NCBI GenBank assembly: GCA_963674825.1
Contig: OY771587.1
Span: 2,784,001-2,848,000, forward strand
Length of the DNA: 64,000 bases
Direction of reading: 5' to 3'
From: Candidatus Cloacimonadales bacterium
GTDB lineage: Bacteria > Cloacimonadota > Cloacimonadia > Cloacimonadales > JAIOQZ01
The notes beneath the pieces are model-generated. The model was not told the origin of the DNA. It saw nothing but the letters and a program-made list of their open reading frames with translations, and did no database searches. Numbering within the stretch: the first letter of the stretch is position 1; each line of letters opens with the position of its first letter. This document shows positions 40,295 through 50,338 of this stretch, piece after piece. The translations under genes were made by a program, and so were the position numbers.

Positions 40295-40933
40295 TTAAGC
40301 TTCGTTGATGGTTGTCGTGAGTGAGCGTGTGGCCTGCCTGCGGAGCCTCCTGTGCGTACGCAGAACCTTCCAGATCACTTTTGGATAGAGCTCGTGCTCG
40401 ATTTTCAGAACCTTCTTCGCCACATCTTCCGCAGACTTGCAGCTTCGAATACTGACAGACTTCTGCGCGATGATCGCACCTTCGTCGTAGTGCTCGTTCA
40501 AGTAATGCACCGTCGCCCCAGACATTCTGTCGCCAGACTGGTACACCGCCTCGTGAACCGCCATACCATACATTCCTTTGCCGCCGTATTTGGGCAGCAG
40601 GGCCGGATGAATGTTCACGATCGGGCATTCGATCTTCTGGATGAACTCGCCGGAGAGCCTGCGCATAAAGCCTGCCAGGACGATCAGATCGATCTCCTGC
40701 GCGATGGCGATAGCTTCCAGTTTGCTCTCGAAGGCTGCAAGGTCTTTCGTAGAAAGATACCGGCAATGAATACCCAGTCGTTGGCAGCGTTCTTTGATCG
40801 GCGCATCTTCATTATTGATGGTCACCATGGCGATTTCGACAGGCAACCGCTGTTTCGTGATATATTGGTAGATCGCTTCGAAATTCGAGCCGCGGCTCAT
40901 CCCTGATGTCAGGATCGCGATGCGAGCTTTCAT
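40295..40933 (-). CDS. purN: Phosphoribosylglycinamide formyltransferase
   Basis: GSNFEAI, VLAGFMR, NIHPALLPKYGG, SGATVH, YDEGAII. Confidence 0.93.
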   Translation of the reverse strand: MKARIAILTSGMSRGSNFEAIYQYITKQRLPVEIAMVTINNEDAPIKERCQRLGIHCRYLSTKDLAAFESKLEAIAIAQEIDLIVLAGFMRRLSGEFIQKIECPIVNIHPALLPKYGGKGMYGMAVHEAVYQSGDRMSGATVHYLNEHYDEGAIIAQKSVSIRSCKSAEDVAKKVLKIEHELYPKVIWKVLRTHRRLRRQATRSLTTTINEA

Positions 40934-40938
40934 TACTG

Positions 40939-42726
40939 CTATTCTCCCTTGACGATCTTCAGGAAGAGCTCGTCGAGCTGCTTGTCGGCTACTTCTGCCG
41001 GTGCCTGGCTCATGAGGTCAACTGCGCGAAGCGTCTTGGGGAACGCAATGACGTCGCGGATGGAATCGGACTGGCTCATCAGCATGACGAGGCGGTCGAT
41101 TCCCGGTGCGATACCGCCATGAGGTGGCGTGCCGTAATCGAGCGCTTTGAGGAAGAAGCCGAACTTATCCTGAAGTTCTTCTTCGCTGAAACCCAGTACG
41201 TCGAAGATCTTGCGCTGTATGTCGGGACGGTGACAACGAATACTGCCGGAAGACAGCTCCATGCCGTTGCAAACAAGGTCGTAGAGTTCACCCTGTATCT
41301 TGTCCCAGTCCTCTTCCTTCTCGAAGTAGGGAAGGTGTTCGGCCTTGGGCAGTGTGAACATATGATGCGCGGTTTCCCAACGCTGGTTGTCTTCGTCGTA
41401 TTCGAACAGCGGGAAATCGGTGATCCACAGGAAGTTGTAGGTATCCTTGGGGATGAGGTCGAGCTGGCGTGCAAGCTTGTTGCGAACCGCGTCGAGCACC
41501 TTGAAGACGATGGTGTTGCGGTCTGCGCCGAAGAGGATCAGATCGCCTTCACCGGCTTCGGATTTCTGTAGGATACCGGCTTTCTCTTCGTCGCTGAGGA
41601 ACTTGCTGATGCCGGCTGTGAGTTCACCGTCCTGGACTTTACAGAATGCCAGACCCTTGCCGCCAACGTGCTTGGCCACATCGGTCAGTTCGTCAATCTG
41701 CTTGCGGGAGTAAGAGGCACAGCCCGGAGCTACGATGCAGCGAACGCTTCCGCCGGATTGCAATGCGCCGCTGAACACCTGGAACTCGCTCTTGGCCAAA
41801 ACGTCACTCAGGTCGCATAGTTCCATGCCGAAACGAGTATCCGGTTTGTCGCTACCGTAGCGGTTCATGGCTTCTTTGTACTGCATTCTGGGGAACGGTA
41901 TTACCAGTTTCTTGCCCAGGATCTTGTCGAAAAGGTCTTTCATCAGGCCTTCGAGAATCTCGAAGATTTCATCCTGAGTGACGAAGCTCATTTCGATGTC
42001 GAGTTGGGTGAACTCGGGCTGGCGATCAGCACGAAGATCCTCGTCACGGAAGCAACGGGCGATCTGGAAATAACGATCGAAACCACCGATCATCAGAAGT
42101 TGCTTGTATATCTGCGGTGATTGCGGCAGGGCAAAGAATTTTCCCGGGTGAACGCGGCTGGGAACGAGGTAGTCGCGAGCGCCTTCGGGTGTGGATTTCA
42201 TCAGCACGGGTGTCTCGATCTCAAAGAAACGCTGTTTGACCAGATATTCGCGGATGGCGAACACGATCTGGTGACGCATAATGATCTTCTGCTGCAGGCG
42301 CGGACGACGCAGGTCGAGGTAACGATATTCGAGTCGGAGGTCTTCGTCGGCGAGAAGCTTTTCGTTCACCTGCACGGGCAGTGGCTTGCTCTCGTTGAGC
42401 AAGAGCAGGCTTTCCGCCACGATTTCAACTGCGCCGGTCGCCATGTCTTTGTTGATGTTCTGCGCTTCACGGGCACGGACAGTACCGGTGACGGCCATGA
42501 CGTATTCGTTGCGGAGCTTGTGCGCCTTTTCGATCACCGCTTCGTTTTCTGGCTCGAAGACGATCTGTACGATGCCTGTTACATCGCGCATGTCGATGAA
42601 AATGAGGTTTCCGAGGTCGCGACGGGTGTGAACGTGACCCATCAATGTAATGGATTGTCCGATATTGGTTTCGGTGATTTCACCGCAGTAATGCGTTCGC
42701 TTTGTGTTGCCAATGAGATCGAGCAT
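40939..42726 (-). CDS. aspS: Aspartyl-tRNA synthetase
   Basis: RTHYCG, YRYLDLR, TPEGARDY, FRDEDLRADRQPEFTQ, PPHGG, IAFPK. Confidence 0.98.
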   Translation of the reverse strand: MLDLIGNTKRTHYCGEITETNIGQSITLMGHVHTRRDLGNLIFIDMRDVTGIVQIVFEPENEAVIEKAHKLRNEYVMAVTGTVRAREAQNINKDMATGAVEIVAESLLLLNESKPLPVQVNEKLLADEDLRLEYRYLDLRRPRLQQKIIMRHQIVFAIREYLVKQRFFEIETPVLMKSTPEGARDYLVPSRVHPGKFFALPQSPQIYKQLLMIGGFDRYFQIARCFRDEDLRADRQPEFTQLDIEMSFVTQDEIFEILEGLMKDLFDKILGKKLVIPFPRMQYKEAMNRYGSDKPDTRFGMELCDLSDVLAKSEFQVFSGALQSGGSVRCIVAPGCASYSRKQIDELTDVAKHVGGKGLAFCKVQDGELTAGISKFLSDEEKAGILQKSEAGEGDLILFGADRNTIVFKVLDAVRNKLARQLDLIPKDTYNFLWITDFPLFEYDEDNQRWETAHHMFTLPKAEHLPYFEKEEDWDKIQGELYDLVCNGMELSSGSIRCHRPDIQRKIFDVLGFSEEELQDKFGFFLKALDYGTPPHGGIAPGIDRLVMLMSQSDSIRDVIAFPKTLRAVDLMSQAPAEVADKQLDELFLKIVKGE

Positions 42727-42761
42727 TGTTACTCCTGTATATTGCGTATTTTATTTGTTTA

Positions 42762-45005
42762 TCAGCACTTGGACCAACCGCAAGAGGGGCATTTCATGCA
42801 ACCTTCAGCGTATTCGATATTGCTGCCGCAGTCCGGGCAAGTGCGGTTGATCTTCGGTTCTTCAGTGTTCTGCTTCACGGGATCGGGTGCTTCGGTAGTG
42901 ACCGGAAGCGGCTCCACCGGCTGTTCGAGCGATGTCTCCAGTGCTGTGGCGACGCCATCGGCGCAGGAGGAAATTACCTTGCCCTTGTACCACATCGGGG
43001 AAGGACAGCGGATGCCCTTGAGTTGCCGTGCAACCGATTCAACCTTGATGTTGGAGCGCAGACACAGTGAGACCAGACGTGCGATGGCTTCAAGCTGCGC
43101 CGAGGCACAACCGCCAACTTTTCCCATCTGCGTGAAGAGCTCGCAAACGCCCTTTTCGTCGCTGTTGATGGTGACGTACATATGGCCGCAGCCGGTTTCA
43201 ATGCGCTGGGTAAATCCGCGGGTTACCTCCGGGCGGTTTCGCGGTGCGATGCGCGACCCCTGAGCAGCCTGCTTCGATTCCTTTTTACCTACGTTCAGTA
43301 CCTGGTTTTCGCGGCTGCCGTCACGATAGACCGTGACGCCCTTGCAACCCAGTTCCCAAGCGAGTTCGTATGCCATCTGAACATCCTCGCGGGTGGCTTC
43401 GTTCTTGAAGTTGATCGTCTTGGAAACGGCGTTATCTGTATATAGCTGGAAGGCCGCCTGCATCTTGATATGCCATTCCGGCGTTATATCATGCGAGGTG
43501 ACGAATATGCTGCGGATATCTTCGGGGATCTCCTCGATATGTGCAACCGATCCTTCTTCGGCGATTCTCTCCATCAGCTCTTTGGTCGCGATTCCCGCGT
43601 CTTCCAGAGCGGCTTTCAGGTAAGGGTTCACGTACAGAAGCTTTTCGCCGTCCATCACGTTTTTCACATAGACCAGCGAGAACTGAGGCTCGATGCCGCT
43701 GGATGTATCGCAGATCATGCTGATGGTTCCTGTTGGAGCGATGGTGGTGACGGTTGCGTTGCGGATACCGTCTTTTGCCAAACGTTCGATCAATGCATCC
43801 CATTCTAGGGTGCCTTCGCGTTTGAGCTGCTTCTTCTGGAAGATGCTGCCTTCGAAGTTCGGGAACGAACCACGCTCGACAGCCAGCTCGATGGAGCGGA
43901 CCTTGCCGTGGTAATCGATGTATTCCATGATCTCTTTCGCCAGCTCGATCGCCTCGTCGCTGTTGTAAGGGATCTTCAGCATGTAAAGGAGGTCGGCCCA
44001 ACCCATGATGCCAAGGCCGATCTTGCGGTTGCCTTCCACTATCTTCTGGATCTCGGGTAGCGGGAAATTGGAACGATCGATAACGTGGTCGAGGAATTCG
44101 ACGCTGTCACGCACGACGGCCTTGCAGGCTTCGAAATCGAAGGCGTTGTCTTTGACGAATCTCGCCAGATTGATCGAGCCGAGGTTGCAGGCTTCGTTGG
44201 GAAGCAGCGGCTGCTCACCGCAGGGGTTCGTGCTTTCGATCGCGCCAAGCTGCGGTGTGGGGTTGTGCTGATTGATGCGATCCAGGAAGATGATGCCCGG
44301 CTCGCCGTTCTTGTGCGCCATTTCGACGATGAGCGAAAACACATCGCGTGCGGATAGCTTTTTAACCACTTCACCGGTGTGCGGTGAGACCAACTCGTAT
44401 TCCGAATCCTGATGCACGGCCTGCATAAAGGCGTCGTTGATCGCGACGCTGATGTTGAAATTGGTAAGCTCGGAGGTGTTCTCCTTGCAGGTGATAAAGT
44501 CGATGATCTGCGGATGGGTGACGTCAAGGATCGCCATGTTGGCACCGCGACGCGTCCCGCCTTGCTTGACCGCGTCAGTGGCGGCGTTGAAGACTTTGAG
44601 GAAGGAAAGCGGACCGGATGAGACGCCATTGGTGGAACGAACCGGTGCGTCGGCTTCTCTCAGGCGTGAGAAGCTGAAGCCGGTACCTCCGCCACTTTTG
44701 TGGATAAGCGCAGCGTTTTTGATGGATTCGAAGATACTATCCATACTGTCTTCGATAGGCAGCACGAAGCAAGCGGAGAGCTGCTGGAGGTCGTTTCCGG
44801 CGTTCATGAGGGTTGGTGAATTGGGCAGGAAGCAGCCCGAATCGAGCAGCTTAAGAAAGCGCTCTTTCTTCTCGGCGTTATCGCCGGCGATATTGCCAGC
44901 CACGCGATCGATGAGACCTTGCCAGTCTTCGGTCGGGTTCCCATCGTTATCTTTCCTGAAATATCGTTTCTTCAATACGGTAAGTGCATTTTCGCTCAGT
45001 TTCAT
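42762..45005 (-). CDS. nrdJ: Class II (B12-dependent) ribonucleotide reductase with C-terminal TSCPD/zinc-ribbon region
   Basis: PNSPTLMNAG, SACFVL, QGGTRRGA, TNPCGEQ, IAPTGT, YRDGSR, C-terminal CPDCG...CPSCGWSKC. Confidence 0.95.
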   Translation of the reverse strand: MKLSENALTVLKKRYFRKDNDGNPTEDWQGLIDRVAGNIAGDNAEKKERFLKLLDSGCFLPNSPTLMNAGNDLQQLSACFVLPIEDSMDSIFESIKNAALIHKSGGGTGFSFSRLREADAPVRSTNGVSSGPLSFLKVFNAATDAVKQGGTRRGANMAILDVTHPQIIDFITCKENTSELTNFNISVAINDAFMQAVHQDSEYELVSPHTGEVVKKLSARDVFSLIVEMAHKNGEPGIIFLDRINQHNPTPQLGAIESTNPCGEQPLLPNEACNLGSINLARFVKDNAFDFEACKAVVRDSVEFLDHVIDRSNFPLPEIQKIVEGNRKIGLGIMGWADLLYMLKIPYNSDEAIELAKEIMEYIDYHGKVRSIELAVERGSFPNFEGSIFQKKQLKREGTLEWDALIERLAKDGIRNATVTTIAPTGTISMICDTSSGIEPQFSLVYVKNVMDGEKLLYVNPYLKAALEDAGIATKELMERIAEEGSVAHIEEIPEDIRSIFVTSHDITPEWHIKMQAAFQLYTDNAVSKTINFKNEATREDVQMAYELAWELGCKGVTVYRDGSRENQVLNVGKKESKQAAQGSRIAPRNRPEVTRGFTQRIETGCGHMYVTINSDEKGVCELFTQMGKVGGCASAQLEAIARLVSLCLRSNIKVESVARQLKGIRCPSPMWYKGKVISSCADGVATALETSLEQPVEPLPVTTEAPDPVKQNTEEPKINRTCPDCGSNIEYAEGCMKCPSCGWSKC

Positions 45006-45025
45006 TCAAACTCCAATCTATATCA

Positions 45026-46480
45026 TTATTTTCTGTCGTTCCAGTAGCGGTAAAGGTCGTTGATCGAGCAAACCCAGCCGCCGTGTTTCTTTGCATATCG
45101 GATGGTATCTCTATAGAGCTGACCCCATCCAGGGTAATCGATATTGTCATAGGTACGGTAATGCCACAGTAGCGAGATATGACTGCCCTGCCGGCGTGTG
45201 ATCTGGATTCGCTTCTGGAGCCATTTCCGGCCCGAGGCGATGTTCATGCGCATGGCGATGGGGGAGAAGAGGCTCACGTCCATCACATGCAATGGAATCT
45301 CGAGGATGTTGAACGGGCGGTTTTCTTCCAGGTTGAAAGGCTTGAACGGGTACGATATACCGGCGCGATATCCGGCGTGTTCCCAATATCCAAGTGTGCT
45401 GTCGTATTCGATTCCCGCTCTCTCCAGGATTGCGAACGTCTTTTGGAACGAAAACGCCAGCCTGTGGCTACGATAGCCGACAGGATGAAATCCCATTTCA
45501 CGCAGTAATACCAGCTCTTTCTCCAGCTTATCCAGCGAGAAGGCCGCATCGGGACTTCCGTGCAGCTCTGCGCCGGTGTGGTTGAGCAGCGTGTAGAAAT
45601 TCTGGATCTCGGTACGGTAATTCGGATCGACGATGTAGTTCTTACGCGGATCTTCGTTGTCCGTCATGGCGAGCAGGAAGGAAGTCGATTGCACATTCTG
45701 TTTGTGCTCAAAGATGATCACCTGCGAGTGCCTTCGGGTGGGATTATAGAAAGCCCGTTTATCGAGATTGTGCAGCAGCATCTTATAGAGCGCGTGCAGC
45801 GGCTGCTTCTTCATGCGCGAGAGATTGTACCGGTTCATGCGCTTGATTTCGTCTTCCGACCAGAAGTTCCAGTAATCCACATCGTGCGACAGGGTCATGC
45901 AGAAGTCTTTGTTCTCGTGCCAGCGCGGTTTGCCGGAGAATTCAGGCAGTTTCATAGCGAAAGCGCGGTCGAGGATATCGACATAATAATCGACGACGGG
46001 GATATCCGTGAAGTCCCAATATTTCTGGTGGGATTTGGTGAAATCGTAACGGTTTTCCGGTGAAATATCCTGTCCAGAGGCATATTCCTGCCAGCAGGTG
46101 AGAAAATAGAAGGCCGACGAGATGATATCCTTACGGATGCAGATGCACTTGTCACTCAGTTGGAACAATTCACCCTGAGGCGAAAACAAAAACGGCAGCA
46201 TTACTTCATTGTAGCGCAGGAAGCGGAACGATTCGTTCGGATAGACTTCCTTTTTCTCAAAGAAATCGTTTGCTCGAGGACTATGGTAGATCTGCAGCGG
46301 ATAGCGTTCATCTGCCTTCGTACCGTAATAGACGTGAATCTGCGCGGACGAATAGCGATAGAAAAACTTCGGCTGCAAGCCCAGAATCCTGCAAAACTGC
46401 CGGAAAACGTATTCGCTCTTGGGGATATAGGGCTTTTCTACATCCACCAGGATATTCAGAGTGCCTTTAAAATATTCCAT
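45026..46480 (-). CDS. Polysaccharide deacetylase-like protein (DUF7033-like N-terminus)
   Basis: DIISSAFYFLTCWQE, PVVDYY, LSHDVD, LHGS, RSHRL, YDSTLGY, EIPLHVMD, LLWH. Confidence 0.8.
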   Translation of the reverse strand: MEYFKGTLNILVDVEKPYIPKSEYVFRQFCRILGLQPKFFYRYSSAQIHVYYGTKADERYPLQIYHSPRANDFFEKKEVYPNESFRFLRYNEVMLPFLFSPQGELFQLSDKCICIRKDIISSAFYFLTCWQEYASGQDISPENRYDFTKSHQKYWDFTDIPVVDYYVDILDRAFAMKLPEFSGKPRWHENKDFCMTLSHDVDYWNFWSEDEIKRMNRYNLSRMKKQPLHALYKMLLHNLDKRAFYNPTRRHSQVIIFEHKQNVQSTSFLLAMTDNEDPRKNYIVDPNYRTEIQNFYTLLNHTGAELHGSPDAAFSLDKLEKELVLLREMGFHPVGYRSHRLAFSFQKTFAILERAGIEYDSTLGYWEHAGYRAGISYPFKPFNLEENRPFNILEIPLHVMDVSLFSPIAMRMNIASGRKWLQKRIQITRRQGSHISLLWHYRTYDNIDYPGWGQLYRDTIRYAKKHGGWVCSINDLYRYWNDRK

Positions 46481-46490
46481 CTGTGTTAGT

Positions 46491-48809
46491 TTAGAACAGC
46501 ACGGTATCGAGAACTTGATCTACGTGATTCACATAGGTCGCTTTTATCCCTTTGCGGCTGAGTTCGTCGATCTCCTCAAACTGGTCCCGGTTTTCCTCCG
46601 GCAGGATCACATGTTTGATTCCTGCACGCTTAGCTGCGAGTACCTTTTCGCGCACGCCACCGATCGGGAGCACCTTGCCCAGCAGGGTGATCTCACCGGT
46701 CATGGCGATGTTGTGCCGTACCTTGCGCTGACTCAGGAGTGATACCAGCGAGGTGGTCAGGGTCACTCCGGCGGAAGGACCATCTTTGGGAACGGCTCCG
46801 GATGGGAGGTGGATGTGAATGTCGATCTCGTCGAAATTCTCGATCTTGAACTTATATTCTTCCTTTTTACTCTTCAAATAGGTCATGGCGATCTTCGCAG
46901 ATTCCTGCATCACTTCGCCAAGGAGCCCGGTCAGAACCAATCTGCCCTTACCAGGCGACATGCTCGATTCGCAGAAGAGAATCTCACCGCCGTAAGCAGT
47001 GAAGGCCATGCCTGTCACGACACTGATCTCCGGCTTGCGGTTCGCCATTTCGAGCGAGTATTTACGCACACCGAGGAAGTCGCGGACGTTTTTCGCGGAA
47101 ACGGTGACGAGCTTTTCCTCGCCTTCTGCGACCTTTCGAGCGATTTTGCGCATGACTTCCGCGATGCGCCGCTGAAGGTTTCTCACCCCGGCTTCACGAA
47201 CGTAGTAACGATTGATCTCTTCCAATGCAGATTTGAGAAAGCGCACGTTTTTGCCGTTAAGGCCGTTGTTCTCCATCTCTTTCGGGATGAGATAGTTGCG
47301 CGCAATGTTGATTTTCTCTTCCTCTATATAGCTGGAAAACTCGATGATTTCCATACGGTCACGAAGCGGTGGCGGGATGGTGCCCAGCGAATTCGCCGTT
47401 GTAATGAACAGCACCTCGGAAAGGTCGAACGGCAGGTTCAGGTAGTTATCCACGAACTTGTTATTCTGCTCCGGATCAAGCACTTCCAGCAGTGCAGAAG
47501 ATGGATCGCCACGAAAATCGCGACCGACCTTGTCGATCTCGTCCAGCATGAAAAGCGGATTTCCTGTACCGCAGCGCTTGATTTCACTGATTATTCTACC
47601 CGGCATCGCCCCGACATAAGTTCTTCTGTGGCCACGGATTTCGGCTTCATCATGGATACCGCCCAGTGAGATGCGGATAAACTCGCGGTTCATCGAACGC
47701 GCAATAGAACGCCCTAAGGATGTTTTTCCCACACCGGGAGGTCCCACAAAGCATAGAATCGGGCCTTTAAGCGAGTTCTTGAGCTTTTTAACCGCGATGA
47801 ATTCGAGGATACGTTCTTTGGGCTTGTCCAGCCCGAAGTGATCTTTGGTCAGGATATAATCAATCTTGTCCAGATCGAGCCTGTCCTCGGAGTATTTTTT
47901 CCACGGAACCTGGATAAGCCAGTCGAGATAGGTGCGTATAACCGAATATTCACTGGACGCGGGTGACATGACAGATAGCCGTTCCAGCTCGTCCAACGCG
48001 ACCTCTTCGACGTAGTCGGGGAGCTTCGCATCAGCGATTGCAGCTTCCCATTTTTGTCGTTCCTGGTCAATCTCATCCACTTCACCCAGCTCTTTACGGA
48101 TTGCGTCAAGCTGTTCGCGCAAGTAATATTTCCGCTGATCTTCGTCCATTTCGAGCTGGATATTGTTTCGGATTCGATTTTCCAGCTTCATCTGCCGTAT
48201 CAGCTCGGAGAGGTGGTGGTTCAGCTTCTCGTAACGCGCCTTGACGTTCCAGGTGGAGAGTATGTCCTGCTTTTGCTCGATCTCCAGGTTGACGTTGCCG
48301 GCGATGATGTCGGCGACGCGTCCGTCCGGCTTCACCAGCTTCAATCCCTGGATGAGCTCGCGATTGACTTCGCTGCTCTCCTCCACGATCTTCTCCAGAA
48401 GTTCGATGGATATCTTCTTCAGGGCAGTGATGCGCGGAGAGGTTTTTTTATTCTCGGGGATCGCTTCGACTTCCACCTGAAGGAAAGGCTGATCCTGGAC
48501 TACTTTCTCGACCCTGATGCGCGAAACACCCTGCATCAAGAGGCTGATCGATCCGTCGTTGTTTCGGATCATCCTGAGGATGGATACAGCGGTGCCGTAT
48601 TCGTAGATATCAAGCTCAGTCTCGGATTCTGTATCGTCTCGTGATAAAAAGAAGCCAAGCAGCTTGTCCTTGCTGAGAGCGTAATCGATAACCTTCTTCA
48701 GGTTTTCGTTGGAAACCACCAGCGGGATCATGAGATACGGAAACATGACGATGTTATTTACATGAATCACCGGCAGTGTCCGTGGGATTTTCTTATTAAG
48801 ATCGCTCAT
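46491..48809 (-). CDS. lon: ATP-dependent Lon protease
   Basis: GPPGVGKTS, RGHRRTYVGAMPG, LDEIDK, PKDGPSAG, GGVREK. Confidence 0.98.
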   Translation of the reverse strand: MSDLNKKIPRTLPVIHVNNIVMFPYLMIPLVVSNENLKKVIDYALSKDKLLGFFLSRDDTESETELDIYEYGTAVSILRMIRNNDGSISLLMQGVSRIRVEKVVQDQPFLQVEVEAIPENKKTSPRITALKKISIELLEKIVEESSEVNRELIQGLKLVKPDGRVADIIAGNVNLEIEQKQDILSTWNVKARYEKLNHHLSELIRQMKLENRIRNNIQLEMDEDQRKYYLREQLDAIRKELGEVDEIDQERQKWEAAIADAKLPDYVEEVALDELERLSVMSPASSEYSVIRTYLDWLIQVPWKKYSEDRLDLDKIDYILTKDHFGLDKPKERILEFIAVKKLKNSLKGPILCFVGPPGVGKTSLGRSIARSMNREFIRISLGGIHDEAEIRGHRRTYVGAMPGRIISEIKRCGTGNPLFMLDEIDKVGRDFRGDPSSALLEVLDPEQNNKFVDNYLNLPFDLSEVLFITTANSLGTIPPPLRDRMEIIEFSSYIEEEKINIARNYLIPKEMENNGLNGKNVRFLKSALEEINRYYVREAGVRNLQRRIAEVMRKIARKVAEGEEKLVTVSAKNVRDFLGVRKYSLEMANRKPEISVVTGMAFTAYGGEILFCESSMSPGKGRLVLTGLLGEVMQESAKIAMTYLKSKKEEYKFKIENFDEIDIHIHLPSGAVPKDGPSAGVTLTTSLVSLLSQRKVRHNIAMTGEITLLGKVLPIGGVREKVLAAKRAGIKHVILPEENRDQFEEIDELSRKGIKATYVNHVDQVLDTVLF

Positions 48810-49101
48810 TCTTGCTCTCCAAAATCCATGATTTCAGACTATTATACAATCTACTCCATTTCACTGAAATGCTCAAAAAAAGCAAGTGAAAAAAAAGTGC
48901 CGGTTTGGAATGAACGAAGTATAAAGAAACGGACCAGGAAAATGTGGGATTATCTCAAATGGGCTCTCGGCAATGCGATGCCTTGCTTTTGACCGGCAGT
49001 ACGATAGCGTCTAAGCTTTACCGGGAAGCGCTGTTTTGAAACGCGGACTGCTCGTCCGCATTCTCTTCCAACGGGCAGTCATCGTGGTTTGCCCCACAAA
49101 G

Positions 49102-49132
49102 AAAAACCCCTCTGCACGGTTGTGAAGAGGGG
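49102..49132 (-). terminator. Terminator of the 49156-50124 gene
   Basis: CCCCTCT/AGAGGGG stem with T5 on minus strand. Confidence 0.7.
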
Positions 49133-49155
49133 CTGAATAAGTATGATATTCTGAA

Positions 49156-50124
49156 TTATTTCAGAAGGATCATTTTCTTGGTAGCTGTGTAGCGGCCACT
49201 GCTGATTTTGTAGAAGTAGATACCGCTGGTGACGTTCTTGCCGGATGCATCGGTACCGTTCCAGACAACAGTGTGCTGGTCGGCATCGAGGTGTTCGTTG
49301 ACCAGGGTGTTGATCTTCTGGCCACGGACGTTGTAGATATCCAGTGTGGTGTTTCCGGCTTCCGGAAGGTTGAACTGGATCGAGGTTTCCGGGTTGAACG
49401 GATTCGGGAAGTTGCTGGTGGTGAACTGAGGCATGTCGATATCTTCGTTGTTGGTTCCAACGTATTCGCTGATATCGTCAACGGTGATCGGGTTGATTGC
49501 ATACAGGTCATATGAGTAATCAACCATACCACGGATGGTTCCCCAAACGTCACCGAGGGTGATCACGATAGCTGGATCTACACTGTCAAGGTAGAAGAAG
49601 CCGTCGTCAACCTGGCATTCGCCGGTACCGTCGTTGATGTACCACTCGCCGTATTCGTTCTGCTCGGCAGTAACTTCAAGTTCGCCGGTTACATAAACGT
49701 AAACGCTTTCGAGTGCTTCGGACGTTGCAACTTCGCCAGTGGTTGTGTGGTAAGCTGCGGGAACTTCGTTGCCGGAGCTAATGATTTCACAGTCGGTGAT
49801 GTTCTTCAGCTCGGTGAGGTCATAATATTCATCGATAAGGCCGCTGATGGAGATCATGTCGCCAACTTCAACCTGGTCGCCCCATTCTTCGTCTCCATCA
49901 TAGATGAAGAGACCGTGCCACGGACCGCCTTCGGGGTCAGCGATAAAGAAATCGACATAGCCTTTCCATTCGGTTGCTACAACGATACCTTCAACGGTAA
50001 CTTCTTCGCCATAGTACGGAGAAGTTCCGCTTTCATCTGCAGTGTACTGAACATCATAGCAGGTCAATGCGAACATAAGACCAGCCATCGCCAATAAAAC
50101 AAATAACAATGTCATCTTTCTCAT
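49156..50124 (-). CDS. Secreted OB-fold protein with T9SS-like/FlgD-Ig C-terminal domain
   Basis: Signal peptide; SPY.GEEVTVEGIVVA...GLFIY...VGD.I.I.G.IDEYY..TEL; NFPNPFNPET...KKMILLK. Confidence 0.8.
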   Translation of the reverse strand: MRKMTLLFVLLAMAGLMFALTCYDVQYTADESGTSPYYGEEVTVEGIVVATEWKGYVDFFIADPEGGPWHGLFIYDGDEEWGDQVEVGDMISISGLIDEYYDLTELKNITDCEIISSGNEVPAAYHTTTGEVATSEALESVYVYVTGELEVTAEQNEYGEWYINDGTGECQVDDGFFYLDSVDPAIVITLGDVWGTIRGMVDYSYDLYAINPITVDDISEYVGTNNEDIDMPQFTTSNFPNPFNPETSIQFNLPEAGNTTLDIYNVRGQKINTLVNEHLDADQHTVVWNGTDASGKNVTSGIYFYKISSGRYTATKKMILLK

Positions 50125-50338
50125 TTTGTTCCTCCTTGGATTTTTCACAGATATTCACTGAATAATATGCTGAAATCCATATGTTAATTGTCAAGATATT
50201 ATTGCGGCATCACGATGATTTCTTATTATCTTAACAATGGCGCGAAAAGAGTGTTTGACAGATATCACAGCCTGAAAAACATCATCTTGCAACGGCTGTG
50301 CAACAGCTGAAATTATTTCATTAACTTATGGAGGATCA

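Noticed and set aside
40295..40370. Arg-rich PurN tail possibly derived from a CCTGCCTGCGG mini-repeat
   Set aside because: Single weak 5-bp stem and no second copy in the window.
39180..40766. 528-aa ORF suggesting an N-terminally extended amidohydrolase
   Set aside because: The extension is an off-frame reading of purN; the family-like sequence starts at 40283.
42762..45005. Intein or intron in nrdJ
   Set aside because: ORF is continuous and of normal length with no splicing motifs.
45005..45026. Cobalamin riboswitch or NrdR box before nrdJ
   Set aside because: The gap is only 20 bp and no motif is recognisable.
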